Positions 10,690-21,467 are shown, numbered from the stretch's first letter. The stretch: DNA of 64,000 nucleotides from an uncultured delta proteobacterium (GCA_963771175.1 CAVYSY010000025.1:1-64000); one strand, 5' to 3'. Program-made: numbers and translations. Notes: generated by a model from the sequence alone, not told the origin.

Positions 10690-10730
10690 GCCAGCATCTG
10701 ACCACGTCCTCCTGGCCGAAGGTGGCACCC

Positions 10731-13700
10731 ATGCAAGTCATTGCACCTGTCTTTCCCTGGAAGAAGGCGACGTTCCTCCACGAGAGAGCCGTATCAAAGG
10801 GAGGTAGCACCCCTTCGGGGAACCCCCGGGAAGGACTCGAGGACAGTGGTGCATGGGTGTCCCTCGTCCAGGACGTCATCGAGCAGCGACATGCTGGAGA
10901 GCCGCTGCCCCCCTCCCTCCAGCCCCCAGCCCAGGCGGGGCAACCCGGCCTGCCGTTCTCCGGCTTCCTCCAACCGTTCCTCCGGATCGCCGCCGCGAGG
11001 CTGCGCACGGTCGTGGCCGCGCTGCGGGCCCGCTACGGGCTGGAGCAGTCGCTGCTGACGCCCGATGCCGAGGCCGCGCTGCTGGAGGGCCTCGCACGGC
11101 GGCTCCACTACCTGGCCTCCCGGACGCTCATCCTCGAGCTCAACGTGGCCCGGATGCTCGAACAGCTCCCCGGCGACACGCCCCAGGAGCGGTTCCACTA
11201 TTTCTCGACCCGCCACTTCCAGGAGCCACGGGCGCTCGTGGCCCTGCTGGAGGAGTACCCCGTCCTCGCCCGACTCCTGGCCACCGCCACTGAGCGGTGG
11301 CTCACCGTGAGCCTGGAGCTGCTCGATCGCCTCGCCGTGGACCGCGAGCTGCTCGGACAGGCGTTCCTCGGGGGCGAGGACATTGGCATCCTGGCCAGCC
11401 TCCAGACGGGTGTCTCGGACCTGCACCGCGAGGGCCACAGCGTGGTCCTGCTCCAGTTCAGCTCCGGCCTGCGGCTCGTCTACAAGCCGAAGTCACTCGC
11501 GGTGGACGTGCGCTTCCAGCAGCTCCTGCGGTGGATGAACGCGGAGGGGCTGCGCCACCCGCACCGCGTGCTCATCGCGCTGGATCGGGGCGACCATGGC
11601 TGGGTCGAGTTCGTGGAGACCGCGGGCTGCGACTCCCGCGAGGCGCTCCAGCGCTTCTACTGGCGCCAGGGCAGCTCGCTCGCCCTGCTCCACCTGCTCG
11701 CGGCGGTGGACTTCCACCTGGAGAACCTCATCGCCGCTGGCGAGCACCCCGTCCTCGTGGACCTGGAGGCGCTCTTCCACCAGCGGCTCCCGGTGGACGA
11801 GGGGGACTCGGCCCCGCGGCGAGCCTGGGCCCAGCTCGATCGCTCCATCATCTCCGTCGGCATGCTGCCCATGCTCATCTTCGGCCGGGCGGGACGCGCG
11901 GGCATCGACATGAGCGGGCTGGGCGGTGAGGCCGGGCAGCTCTCGCCGCAGGCCGTTCCCATGGTGGAGGACGCGTACCGCGACACCATGCGCCTGGTCC
12001 GCCGTCAGGGCCGCACGTCCGGCTCGAGCAACCGCCCCCTGCTCCAGGGCCAGCCGGTGGACGCCACCGAGTTCACCGAGGACATCGTCCAGGGCTTCGA
12101 GGAGACGTACCGGCTGCTCCTGCGCCACCGCGAGGCCCTCGAGCACCGGCTCCGGGACTTCGCGGACGTGGAGGTCCGCCACATCGTGCGCGCCACCCAG
12201 CGCTACGCGCTCCTCCTGCAGGAGAGCCTCCACCCCGACTTCCAGCGCGAGGGACTGGAGCGCGACAAGGTGCTGGACAACCTCTGGGCCGAGGCCTCCG
12301 TCATGCCCGCGCTGCGGCGGCTCGTCCCTTACGAGCACGCGGACCTGCGGCTCGGGGACATTCCGCTGTTCACCACGCGCCCCGGCCAGCGTCACCTGTG
12401 GAGCAGCACCGGCGAGCGCATCCCCGACTACTTCGCTCGCGACAGTCTCGGCGAGGTGCGGGAGCGGCTCGCGGAGATGAATGAGAGGGATTGCGCGTGG
12501 CAGGCCTCCCTCATCCGCAAGTCCATGGTCTCGCTCGACAAGAACCGGGGCCCCGCGCGCTCCGCCGCCCGCGAGGACCCGACGCTCTCCCCGCCCCCCG
12601 CCTCGCGCGAGGACTGCCTCGCCGCCGCGGTCGCCATCGGCGAGGACCTCGCGGCCAAGGCCATCCGCGGGCACACGGACGTGTCCTGGATCGGCATGAG
12701 CCTGGAGGACCTGGGCACGTGGCGCTGGAGCCTCGCGCCCCTGGGGACGGACCTGTACGAGGGCATCGGCGGGCTCGCCCTGTTCTTCGCGTACCTCGCC
12801 CGGGAGACGGGGCGCGCGGACTTCGAGGACCTCGCCCGCGCGGGCCTGGAGACCGTCCGCGACGCCTGGCACAACCCCGACCCGAATGACGCCGGCGTGG
12901 GAGCGTTCGTCGGCCGGGCCTCCGCCCTGTACGTGCTCGGCCACCTGTCCATGCTCTGGAACGAGCCGGCCCTGCTGGACGAGGCGCTCCCGGGGCTCTC
13001 CGCCCTGGAGCCGCTCGTCGACGCCGACACGCGGTTGGACCTGCTCAGCGGCTCCGCGGGCTGCGCGCTCGTCCTGCTCGGGCTGCACGCCCGGTCCGGG
13101 GACACCCGGCTGCTGGAGCTGGCGAAGCGGTGTGGAGAGCGACTCATCGCCACGGCCGTGCCAGCGGGCCCGGAAGGCGGAAGAGGCTGGAAGGGCACGA
13201 CGTCGGAACAGCCCCTGGCGGGCTACTCCCATGGGGCCGCGGGCATCGCGTCCGCACTCCTGGAGCTGGCCTCCGCCACCGGGGACGCACGCTACCGGGA
13301 GCTCGCGCACCAGGCTCTCACCTACGAGCGCTCACTCTTCGTCCCGGAGCGCGCCAACTGGCGAGATCTGCGCGAGCCCGAGGGAGTCCAGGACGGTGTC
13401 CTCACCGGCTTCATGGTGAGCTGGTGCCATGGCGCCCCGGGCATCGCGCTCGGGAGGCTGGGCTTGCTGCGACACCTGGATGGACCCCAGGTGCGCGCGG
13501 AGCTGGAGACGGCACTCCACACGACGATCCGCGAGGGATTCGGCGGCAATCACAGCCTCTGCCACGGAGACCTGGGCAACCTGGAGCCGCTGTATATCGC
13601 GGGCGAGGTGCTCGGCGAGTCGCGGTGGAGCCACGCCGCCCAGGAGCGCGCGGCCCGTGTCCTCCACCAGGGACGAGAGAGCGGCTGGCGCTGCGGGCTG

Positions 13701-13817
13701 CCCCGGGGCACGGAGACGCCCGGGCTGATGATGGGGCTGGCCGGCATCGGCTACGGCCTGTTGCGGCTGTCCGCCCCGGAGCGGGTGCCCTCCGTGCTCT
13801 CGCTCGCGATGCCCTGA
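10731..13817 (+). CDS. lanM: Class II lanthipeptide synthetase
   Basis: Dehydratase motifs VYKPK, DFHLEN, DLEALF; cyclase zinc ligands WCHGAPG and LCHGDLG. Confidence 0.96.
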   Translation: MQVIAPVFPWKKATFLHERAVSKGGSTPSGNPREGLEDSGAWVSLVQDVIEQRHAGEPLPPSLQPPAQAGQPGLPFSGFLQPFLRIAAARLRTVVAALRARYGLEQSLLTPDAEAALLEGLARRLHYLASRTLILELNVARMLEQLPGDTPQERFHYFSTRHFQEPRALVALLEEYPVLARLLATATERWLTVSLELLDRLAVDRELLGQAFLGGEDIGILASLQTGVSDLHREGHSVVLLQFSSGLRLVYKPKSLAVDVRFQQLLRWMNAEGLRHPHRVLIALDRGDHGWVEFVETAGCDSREALQRFYWRQGSSLALLHLLAAVDFHLENLIAAGEHPVLVDLEALFHQRLPVDEGDSAPRRAWAQLDRSIISVGMLPMLIFGRAGRAGIDMSGLGGEAGQLSPQAVPMVEDAYRDTMRLVRRQGRTSGSSNRPLLQGQPVDATEFTEDIVQGFEETYRLLLRHREALEHRLRDFADVEVRHIVRATQRYALLLQESLHPDFQREGLERDKVLDNLWAEASVMPALRRLVPYEHADLRLGDIPLFTTRPGQRHLWSSTGERIPDYFARDSLGEVRERLAEMNERDCAWQASLIRKSMVSLDKNRGPARSAAREDPTLSPPPASREDCLAAAVAIGEDLAAKAIRGHTDVSWIGMSLEDLGTWRWSLAPLGTDLYEGIGGLALFFAYLARETGRADFEDLARAGLETVRDAWHNPDPNDAGVGAFVGRASALYVLGHLSMLWNEPALLDEALPGLSALEPLVDADTRLDLLSGSAGCALVLLGLHARSGDTRLLELAKRCGERLIATAVPAGPEGGRGWKGTTSEQPLAGYSHGAAGIASALLELASATGDARYRELAHQALTYERSLFVPERANWRDLREPEGVQDGVLTGFMVSWCHGAPGIALGRLGLLRHLDGPQVRAELETALHTTIREGFGGNHSLCHGDLGNLEPLYIAGEVLGESRWSHAAQERAARVLHQGRESGWRCGLPRGTETPGLMMGLAGIGYGLLRLSAPERVPSVLSLAMP

Positions 13818-13848
13818 GCCACGGCCAGGAGCCGCGACTCCTCGTTCA

Positions 13849-13888
13849 ACCCGGGGGCCGCCCGCGACGCCGCGCCCGCCCCCCGGGT
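13849..13888. terminator. GC-rich hairpin between convergent lanM and fruA
   Basis: ACCCGGGGG (13849-57) / CCCCCGGGT (13880-88) inverted repeat. Confidence 0.5.
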
Positions 13889-13896
13889 CCAGTTCA

Positions 13897-14586
13897 CTAG
13901 AGATCCGGCGGCGGCCGGACACCCAGGTGACATGCGCGCAACGCCAACTGGGTCCGGTTCTCCGCTCCCAGCTTGCGGTAGAGCTGCGTCACGTGCGACT
14001 TCACGGTGCGCTCGGCGATCTGCAGGTGTGCGGCGATCTTCAGGTTGTCCGCGCCTCCCGCCACGTACGCCAGCACCTCGCGCTCACGCTGGGTGAGGGT
14101 GAGCAGCACGCTCGCCGTGGCCGCGGCCACCGGCGGGTGCTCGAAGTCATTGCGCAGCAATTGCACCGGGAAGAGCTTCTCCCCTCGCACCAGTGCGTTG
14201 ACCGCCGTGCAGACCGCGTTCGTCGTCAGGTTCTGCCGGAACAGGTAGCCCGAGGCACCCTCCTCGAAGCAATGGGAGATGAAGTCCTGTGCGTGTGCAG
14301 AAGACAACACCAGCATCCGCACCTCCAGCCGGCGTTTGCGTGCCTCCCGCAGCAGGTTCAACCCCTCCGTGGCCGAGCAACCCATGTCGGCGTTGCCCTC
14401 GGGCTCCACGTCCAGAATGGCCACCTGAGGTGGATCCGTCCCGATCCCGTCGAGGAGCGTCCGCACGTCCCGGGTCACCCATAGGACCTGCAGACCTTCT
14501 CCCCGCAGCCCATCGGCCAGGCTCTGCCAGGCCGCCCACGGTCCTTCCAGCAATCCCACTCTCACTTCAGCTTGATTCGATGCCAT
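13897..14586 (-). CDS. fruA: FruA, atypical LuxR/FixJ-type developmental response regulator
   Basis: 229 aa; MASNQAEVRVGLLEGPWAAWQ start and C-term TLTQREREVLAYVAGGADNLKIAAHLQIAERTVKSHVTQLYRKLGAENRTQLALRACHLGVRPPPDL, recognised as M. xanthus FruA-like. Confidence 0.93.
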   Translation of the reverse strand: MASNQAEVRVGLLEGPWAAWQSLADGLRGEGLQVLWVTRDVRTLLDGIGTDPPQVAILDVEPEGNADMGCSATEGLNLLREARKRRLEVRMLVLSSAHAQDFISHCFEEGASGYLFRQNLTTNAVCTAVNALVRGEKLFPVQLLRNDFEHPPVAAATASVLLTLTQREREVLAYVAGGADNLKIAAHLQIAERTVKSHVTQLYRKLGAENRTQLALRACHLGVRPPPDL

Positions 14587-15086
14587 GCGAAGGCCCCCCA
14601 GCCGTCATGGCGTACTGCCGCATCGGATACACCCTACGGTCGGTCTCGGTAACACCATGCGGAACCAGATGTGGGTCAGGCTCGTGTCTCCCGCAAGGGT
14701 GTTCGTCTCACCGGCCAACCACGTCCTCAACCAGTTGACGCTTCTGCTCCTCCTCAGACTCACCTCCACCGTCTCCTGGAAATAGTCCTCTCAAACAGAC
14801 CACCGGTTCACCCACCGTGAGACCGAGGCCGCCCACGAATGCTCATCGATACGACCAAAGTCCAGTCGCAGGGCACGCCAATTTGCCGCTAATTGTGCAA
14901 GGGCAGACCGGGAGACCCTAGAGGTGTTGGCTGGTGAGCACCCCATTGCTCGCCAGGTCGCTATCCTTCAGGGACAGCACCCGGCCTCGGGAGGCGCCTT
15001 GTGCGTGAGCATCCCCGATCTACCCTGAGTGTGGGGGCCGCACTCCAGCGCGGGTGTGACCCGAACACCCCAAGGAGGAAAGGGTC

Positions 15087-15599
15087 ATGGCAGATCTTCC
15101 TGTGCGTCGAGGAGGTATTGGATCGGCACTCGGACGGTTGAGTCGGGGGTTTGATCCCTTCGAGCGGATGCGGGAAGTTGATGGGGCTCGATCCGTTCGA
15201 GCAGATGGGCCGCATTGTCGGTGGCCCGGAGCAGACGTGGAACTTCGTCCCCGCCTTCGAGGTGAAGGAGACGAAGGACTCCTACATCTTCAAGGCGGAC
15301 TTGCCCGGAGTGAAGGAGAGCGACCTGGACATCACCCTCACGGGGGACCGCCTCACCGTCAGCGGGAAGCGGGAGACGGAGAAGGAGGATGAGTCGGATC
15401 GCTACTACACCTACGAGCGGAGCTACGGCTCGTTCACCCGCTCGTTCACGCTGCCCGAGGGCGTGGACAGCGAGCACTGCGCCGCCGAGCTGAAGGACGG
15501 CGTGCTCAACCTGCGGCTGCCCAAGGTCCCCGAGGTGCAGCCCAAGCGGATCACCGTGGGCGGAGCGGCGCCGAAAAGCAGGGCAAGGTGAAGGCCTGA
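15087..15599 (+). CDS. Hsp20/alpha-crystallin small heat-shock protein (frameshifts near 15175 and 3' end)
   Basis: FVPAFEVKETKDSYIFKADLPG, ERSYGSFTRSFTLP, LKDGVL. Confidence 0.9.
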
Positions 15600-15634
15600 G
15601 TCACGGCGTGAAGACCGCGAGAGTGTCCGGACAG

Positions 15635-15660
15635 AGGGGGCTGGAGGAATCCGGCCCCCT
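15635..15660. terminator. Hairpin between convergent hsp20 and DUF2267 genes
   Basis: AGGGGGCTGGA-GGAA-TCCGGCCCCCT stem-loop. Confidence 0.6.
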
Positions 15661-15675
15661 TCGCCTTTCCGGCCC

Positions 15676-16206
15676 TCAAATGGCGCGCTGCCACAGCTCG
15701 CGCAGGTCGGTGGGGAGCTGGCCGATCACGTCCTCGATCTCCCCCTCGGAGACCTGGTCCCTGAGCGCGGAGAAGACGGCGCGGATCTGCTTCTCGGCCT
15801 GGAAGGCAGTCCACGCCCAGATCCTCCGTCACCATCCGGATGAAGTCGTCCTTGCCGAACTTGCTGGCCGGCTTGCCGATGTGCCGCTCGCACCGCACCA
15901 GCAGGTCCTGCAGCTTGCCAGGAAGCTGGGCCTCCAGGTGCGCCGCCTCCTCGCCGAAGAGCCGCTGCTCCAGCACGCACAGCACCGACACCGCGGCCTT
16001 CTCCGCCTCCTCCTCGTTCATGGAGCCAATCACGCAGAGGTTCTTCAGGAAGGTCTTGTAGGTCTGGCTGCGGCGCGTCTCCCGGCGCAGCTCGCGGCGT
16101 GCCTCCAGGTCCACGCCCGAGGCCCGCCGCGACTCGCCCTCCTGCCCGGTGCCCTGCGTCGTCCTGCTTCCTGCCCCGTTCCGGTCCGATCGTCGATGTT
16201 CGCCAT
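15676..16206 (-). CDS. DUF2267-domain protein (frameshifted)
   Basis: EAEKAAVSVLCVLEQRLFGEEAAHLEAQLP; IRAVFSALRDQVSEGEIEDVIGQLPTDLRELW. Confidence 0.8.
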
Positions 16207-16370
16207 GTGCGCCTCCGTCGGGATGGGGAAGGTTCCCCCCGTCATCACCCTGACCTTGACCATGCCCACCCGGGCGTGCAGAGGGGGCGGCACGATGGGG
16301 GGCTCGCCCTGGCGCCTGCCCTGCCGGAAGGGGGCCCACCCGTGTCCATTCCGGGTAATCTCCCGGAGGA

Positions 16371-17132
16371 ATGGATTCCGCAGCCTCTCCGAGTCTCGAC
16401 GTCGCCACGCCCGAACGGGTGTCCCTCTCTCTCCCCGTGGCCGGCATCGGCTACCGATGCCTCGCCTACCTGATCGACATCGCCCTGCTCTTCGGCTTCT
16501 GGGTGGTGGCCTACTTCACCTTCACCCTGCTGGTGAGCGACGTGCTCGGCTTCATGCAGGGGCTGTCCGGCTTCACCCAGACGCTGATGGTGGTGGGGCT
16601 GTTCGCCACCCAATGGATGTACTGGACGCTGGCCGAGGTGTTCATGGGAGGGCAGACGCCAGGCAAGCGCCTCATCGGCATCCGGGTGGTGCGACTGGAC
16701 GGCTCGCCCGTGGGCCCGCTGGAGAGCGCGGTGCGGAACCTGGTGCGCGTGGTGGACTTCCTCCCGGGGCTCTATGCCACCGGCTGCCTGAGCATGCTGC
16801 TGACGCGTCAGCACCGGCGGCTCGGGGATCTCCTCGCGGGCACGCTGCTGGTGCGCGAGGAGCGCTTCGATCTGGACAAGTACACGACCGCCGCCGAGGC
16901 CCCGGCCGTGTCCGCCACTCCAGGCACCGTGCGGCTCGGCCCCGAGGACGTGGAGCTCGTGCTCGCCTTCCTCACCCGAGCGCCCCAGCTCGAGCCCGCG
17001 GCGAGGGCCCAACTGGGCGCGAGGCTGGTGGACCGGTACGGGGGCCTCGGAGAGAGCGAGCGTGCCACCGTGCTGGCCTCGCCCCAGGCCACCGAGTCCT
17101 TCCTGCGGGCGCGCGTGCAGGCGGAGCGCTGA
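16371..17132 (+). CDS. RDD family membrane protein
   Basis: ATPERVSL, AGIGYRCLAYLID, GQTPGKR, RRLGDLLAGT. Confidence 0.9.
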   Translation: MDSAASPSLDVATPERVSLSLPVAGIGYRCLAYLIDIALLFGFWVVAYFTFTLLVSDVLGFMQGLSGFTQTLMVVGLFATQWMYWTLAEVFMGGQTPGKRLIGIRVVRLDGSPVGPLESAVRNLVRVVDFLPGLYATGCLSMLLTRQHRRLGDLLAGTLLVREERFDLDKYTTAAEAPAVSATPGTVRLGPEDVELVLAFLTRAPQLEPAARAQLGARLVDRYGGLGESERATVLASPQATESFLRARVQAER

Positions 17133-17133
17133 C

Positions 17134-18126
17134 GTGGCCACGCCCCTGCCCGCCTTTGTCGCCCGCCGTCGCCCCGACTGGGACGCACTGAAGGACCTGC
17201 TCACCCGGCAGCGCGCGGGCACCCTGCGGCTGGAGGAGCTGCGCACGCTCGACGTCCTCTACCGCCGGGCGGCGGCGGACCTGGCGCAGGCACAGACCTT
17301 CTACGCGGGCACGGACGTGCACCGCTTCCTCAACCAGCTCTGCAGCCAGGCCTACGGCGCCATCTACCAGCCCCCGCGCGAGCGGCTGGCGTCCACCCTG
17401 GCCTTCTTCCGCCACGACTTCCCGCGCACCCTGCGCGCCAACGGGGCCTTCGTGGCCGCCAGCGCGGGCCTCTTCGTGCTGGGGATCCTGCTGGGGGCGA
17501 TGGTGGTGCTGCTGGAGCCGCGAGGCGCGGAGCTGCTCGTCCCCCAGCACCTGCGCGACTACATCGCACGCAAGGAGATGTGGACGGACGGAATCCTCTC
17601 GGTGGCGCCACCCAACGCGGTGGCCTCGGGCATCGCCACCAACAACCTCACGGTCACCATCGTCACCTTCGCCTCGGGCATCCTCCTGGGGCTGGGGACG
17701 GTGTTCACGATGCTCAACAACGGGGTGCATCTGGGCTCGGTGGGCGCGCTGTGCGTGCACGAGGGGATGGGCCCCAAGCTCTTCGACTTCATCGCCGCCC
17801 ACGGGCCGGTGGAGCTGTCCATCATCGTCATCGCCGGAGGCGCGGGGCTCATGGTGGGCCAGGCGCTCATCGATCCCGGCGAGCTGCCCCGAGGCCAGGC
17901 GCTGGTGCTGCGCGGGCGCGAGGCCGTGAAGCTGGTGCTCGGCTGCGCGCCCTTCCTCGCCCTCATCGCCGTGGTGGAGGGCTTCGTCTCCCCCGGCGAC
18001 TTCTTCCCCTCGTGGGTGAAGGCCGTGCTGGGCCTCACGCTGGGAGGCTTCTTCTGGGCCTACCTGCTGCGCGCTGGCGGGAGCGAGGCTCCAACAGTCC
18101 GAGCTACTGACCTTTCGAGCCGGTAA
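17134..18126 (+). CDS. SpoIIM/DUF95-family membrane protein
   Basis: LYRRAAADLA, IATNN, NNGVHLG, HGPVEL, EGFVSP. Confidence 0.88.
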   Translation: MATPLPAFVARRRPDWDALKDLLTRQRAGTLRLEELRTLDVLYRRAAADLAQAQTFYAGTDVHRFLNQLCSQAYGAIYQPPRERLASTLAFFRHDFPRTLRANGAFVAASAGLFVLGILLGAMVVLLEPRGAELLVPQHLRDYIARKEMWTDGILSVAPPNAVASGIATNNLTVTIVTFASGILLGLGTVFTMLNNGVHLGSVGALCVHEGMGPKLFDFIAAHGPVELSIIVIAGGAGLMVGQALIDPGELPRGQALVLRGREAVKLVLGCAPFLALIAVVEGFVSPGDFFPSWVKAVLGLTLGGFFWAYLLRAGGSEAPTVRATDLSSR

Positions 18127-18153
18127 CACGGGTTCGAATCCCGTCGGGGACAC
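18112..18153 (+). pseudogene. 3' half of tRNA-Glu(TTC); att-site-like remnant
   Basis: CTTTCGA anticodon loop, GCCGG, ACGGG-TTCGAAT-CCCGT T-arm, CGGGGAC acceptor 3' strand; no matching 5' acceptor strand. Confidence 0.75.
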
Positions 18154-18341
18154 TTCAATCGGGGCCGGAAGCTGCTGGAAGCTCAGCGGTTTCCGGAGAG
18201 CGCCACGACCTCGGCGGCCTTCTCTACCAGCGGCCCAGCGTCAACGTGGCCCTGGAAGGCATGCGGCATGTGCTTGAGATTGTTCAGCTTTTCCTGGAGG
18301 CCATTGCAGCCCGCACGGACTGGGGCTAGTCATGCCGCGAA

Positions 18342-18464
18342 ACGCCGAGTCCCGCCGTCAGCGGGAGCGGGGGACCCAGGTTCGTTGGGGCGAATCGCTC
18401 GGCACCGAGCGTAGGGCAGGTTCCCAGCCCGAGTCCGTCAGCTAACCCCGCAGGCGTCGAGGAG
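18342..18464 (+). ncRNA. c-di-AMP (ydaO/yuaA) riboswitch
   Basis: CGCCGAGTCCCGC..GCGGGAGCGGGGGACCCA..TTGGGGCGAATC..GTAGGG..CCCGAGTCCGTCAGCTAACCCCGCAGGCG; P1 ACGCC/GGCGT; abuts RBS of a K+ transporter. Confidence 0.88.
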
Positions 18465-18470
18465 AACACG

Positions 18471-20460
18471 ATGTCTTCCGACCCCAGCAGTCACGGGCCG
18501 GGCTCGCCAACGTCCGCGGGCTCGGCCGCTCCCATTTCCACTCCGTCTTCCTCCCACCGTCACCGTGCTGTCGGAGCGGGGCCCGAGCCGTTCGCCCGGC
18601 TGGCGCCCCTGGCCCTCGGCGCGCTCGGCATCGTCTACGGAGACATCGGCACCAGCCCGCTGTACGCGCTTCGCGACTGCTTCAGCGGTGAGCACGGCAT
18701 CGCTCCCACGCCAGAGAACGTGCTGGGCGTGCTCAGCCTGGTCTTCTGGAGCCTCATCATCGTCATCTCCGTGAAGTACCTCGGCTTCGTCATGCGGGCC
18801 GACAACCGTGGCGAGGGCGGCATCCTCGCCCTGCTGGCGCTGGTGGTGCAGCACGGAGGGCGTGAGGGCAGCGGCGCGCGGCGCATGGTGCTGCTGACGC
18901 TCGGCCTCTTCGGCGCCGCGCTGCTCTACGGCGACGGCGTCATCACGCCGGCCGTCTCCGTGCTCTCCGCCGTGGAGGGGCTCGGCGTGGCCACGCCGCT
19001 CTTCACGCCGTACGTGCTGCCCATCGCCCTGGTCATCCTGCTCGCGCTCTTCCTCGTGCAGAGCAAGGGCACGGGCGGCATCGGCCGGGTGTTCGGCCCG
19101 CTGATGGTGGTGTGGTTCGCCGTCATCGCGATGCTCGGGCATCCACGAGCATGTCGCGCAACCTCGTCCGTGCTCCATGCCGTGGTGCCCACGCACGCGG
19201 TGCGCTTCTTCGCGCAGAACGGCGTGGCACGGCTTCCTGGTGCTGGGCGCGGTGTTCCTCGTCGTCACCGGCGGCGAGGCGCTCTACGCGGACATGGGCC
19301 ACTTCGGCTACCGGCCCATCCGCCTGGCGTGGTTCGCCGTGGTGCTGCCGGCGCTGCTGCTCAACTACTTCGGGCAGGGCGCGCTGCTGCTGCGAGACCC
19401 GTCCGCCGCCGTCAATCCGTTCTTCCACCTCGCGCCGGACTGGGCCCTCTACCCGCTGGTGGCGCTGGCCACGGTCGCCACCGTCATCGCGTCGCAGGCG
19501 CTCATCTCCGGGGTCTACAGCATCACCCGGCAGGCCATCCAGCTCGGCTACTGGCCGCGGCTCGAGGTGGTGCACACCTCCGCCGAGGAGCAGGGGCAGA
19601 TTTACCTGCCGGGCGTCAACATCGCGCTGCTGCTGGGCGTGGTGCTGGTGGTGCTGGGTTTCCGCTCCTCCTCCGCCCTCACGGCCGCGTACGGCATCGC
19701 GGTGACGGCCACCATGGGCATCACCACCTGCCTCGCCTACGTGGTGGCGCGCGAGCGCTGGGGCGTGCGGCGCGCCATCGCCGTGCCGCTGGGCGTGGCC
19801 TTCCTCGCGGTGGACCTGGCCTTCTTCGGCGCCAACTTCGTCAAGGTGGCCCACGGTGGCTGGCTGCCGCTGACGATGGGCGTCATCCTCTTCGCCCTGA
19901 TGACCACGTGGAAGCGCGGGCGCGAGCTTTTGGGACAGAAGCTGCGCACCGGCGCCATCGGCCTGAAGGACCTGCTGGAGAGCTTCGGCGACAACGCGCC
20001 CCACCGCGTGCCGGGCACCGCCATCTTCATGACGGGCAACCCCGAGATCGTCCCCAGTGCGATGCTCCACAACCTGAAGCACAACAAGGTGCTGCATGAG
20101 CAGACGCTGCTGCTCACCATCACCACCGAGGACGTCCCGCACGTGCCGCCGACCGAGCGGGTGACGGTGGAGAGCCTGCCCCTGGGCATGCGCCGCATCA
20201 CCGCGCGCTACGGCTTCATGGATGACCCGTCGATTCCGGACATCCTCAAGCGCTGTCGCGAGGCGGGCCTGCCCTTCAGCGTCATGAACACCAGCTTCTT
20301 CCTCGGCCGCGAGACGCTCATCGTCAGCAAGCACCCGGGCATGGCGCGCTGGCGCGAGGCGCTCTTCGTCTGGATGAGCCGCAACGCCCGCTCGGCCACC
20401 GCGTTCTTCCGCATTCCGCCCAACCGCGTGGTGGAGCTGGGCGCTCAGGTGGAGCTGTAG
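18471..20460 (+). CDS. kup: Potassium uptake transporter Kup (frameshifts near 19140-19225)
   Basis: GIVYGDIGTSPLY, DNRGEGG, YGDGVITPA, EALYADMGHF, LHNLKHNKVLHE. Confidence 0.95.
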
Positions 20461-20513
20461 TCCCGCGCGTCGCGAGGTGGCGGCAGGCATGGCCCGCCAC
20501 CTCGCACGGGCCT

Positions 20514-20670
20514 CACGGCGTCTTGAGCGACAGGGCCTGCGTGGGGCTCAGGCCGAACGTCGCGTCGTGCACCTGGATGAAGGTGTCCCAGTAGAACCCA
20601 TCGCCGTCGATGAGCGCCGCCGGACGCGAGTCCACCGGGAGGATGCGGCCCTGGCCCGGGTGCACGCTCG
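20514..20670 (-). pseudogene. Internal fragment resembling immune inhibitor A (M6) metalloprotease
   Basis: SVHPGQGRILPVDSRP..W..IQVHDATFGL; begins exactly at an IS-end-like sequence. Confidence 0.4.
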
Positions 20671-20708
20671 GCGTATAGGAGGGATGGGGGCCCTGTTGAG
20701 GGTGAGGG
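20671..20708 (-). mobile_element. IS91/ISCR-like terminal (oriIS-like) remnant
   Basis: Reverse complement matches 41542-41579 (3 mismatches) and ends CCTATACGC. Confidence 0.7.
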
Positions 20709-20897
20709 AGGGAGCGGAAGGGGCGAGGAAGGCCGCTGAGGGCTTCCTCTGCCTCCCGGTGAAAGTCGTCTGCCTGCCGGTCCGGCCCCCACGCTTGGGG
20801 GCAAGACTCCCGTGGGCGCCATGCCGTTCGCCGACCGGCGCCTCATCCATACCCATGACGAGTTGGAAATCCTGCTTGATACGAAGGAGTGAGAGAC

Positions 20898-21422
20898 ATG
20901 TCCAAGATCACCCCATGCCTCTGGTTCGACGGCAATGCCGAGGAAGCCGCGAAGTTCTACGTCTCGCTGCTGCCCAATTCCCGGATCGACAAGGTGACGC
21001 GCTCGCCCGCCGATAATCCGAGCACGCCTGCGGGAGCAGTGCTGACGGTCGAGTTCACGCTCGCTGGGCAGCCGTTCATGGGCCTCAATGGCGGCCCGGC
21101 GTTCCACTTCACCGAAGCCGTGTCCTTCACCATCAACTGCGAGGACCAGGCCGAGGTCGATCGACTGTGGGAGGCGCTGCTGCAGGGCGGCGGCTCGCCC
21201 TCGGACTGTGGCTGGCTCAAGGACCGGTTCGGCCTCTCGTGGCAGATCACCCCGCGGCTCCTTCCCCAGATGCTGAGCGATCCCAACCGCGAGGCCGCAG
21301 CCCGCGCCATGAAGGCGATGATGCAGATGGGCAAGCTCGATATCGCGGCCCTCCGGCGCGCCTATGAGGGCCAGCCCGGTTACCTCGGCGAAGCCTCCGA
21401 GGCCCAGCACGCCCCCCACTAG
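20898..21422 (+). CDS. VOC/PhnB-like (3-demethylubiquinone-9 methyltransferase-like) protein
   Basis: KITPCLWFDGNAEEAAKFY, LNGGP, CGWLKDRFGLSWQI. Confidence 0.9.
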   Translation: MSKITPCLWFDGNAEEAAKFYVSLLPNSRIDKVTRSPADNPSTPAGAVLTVEFTLAGQPFMGLNGGPAFHFTEAVSFTINCEDQAEVDRLWEALLQGGGSPSDCGWLKDRFGLSWQITPRLLPQMLSDPNREAAARAMKAMMQMGKLDIAALRRAYEGQPGYLGEASEAQHAPH

Positions 21423-21467
21423 CCCTCTGCATGTGGCCTGCTGAGCCACCAGCAGGCCCGCCAGGTG

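Noticed and set aside
11493..13310. Long antisense ORFs here and throughout the window
   Set aside because: Shadows of high-GC3 genes on the opposite strand
14587..15086. MrpC-binding sites and promoter of fruA
   Set aside because: Two TAGGGT hexamers on the minus strand, but no clean TGTY-N8-RAC match; cannot assign
18080..18153. Complete tRNA-Glu gene
   Set aside because: No 5' acceptor strand complementary to CGGGGAC, and the anticodon stem is mismatched
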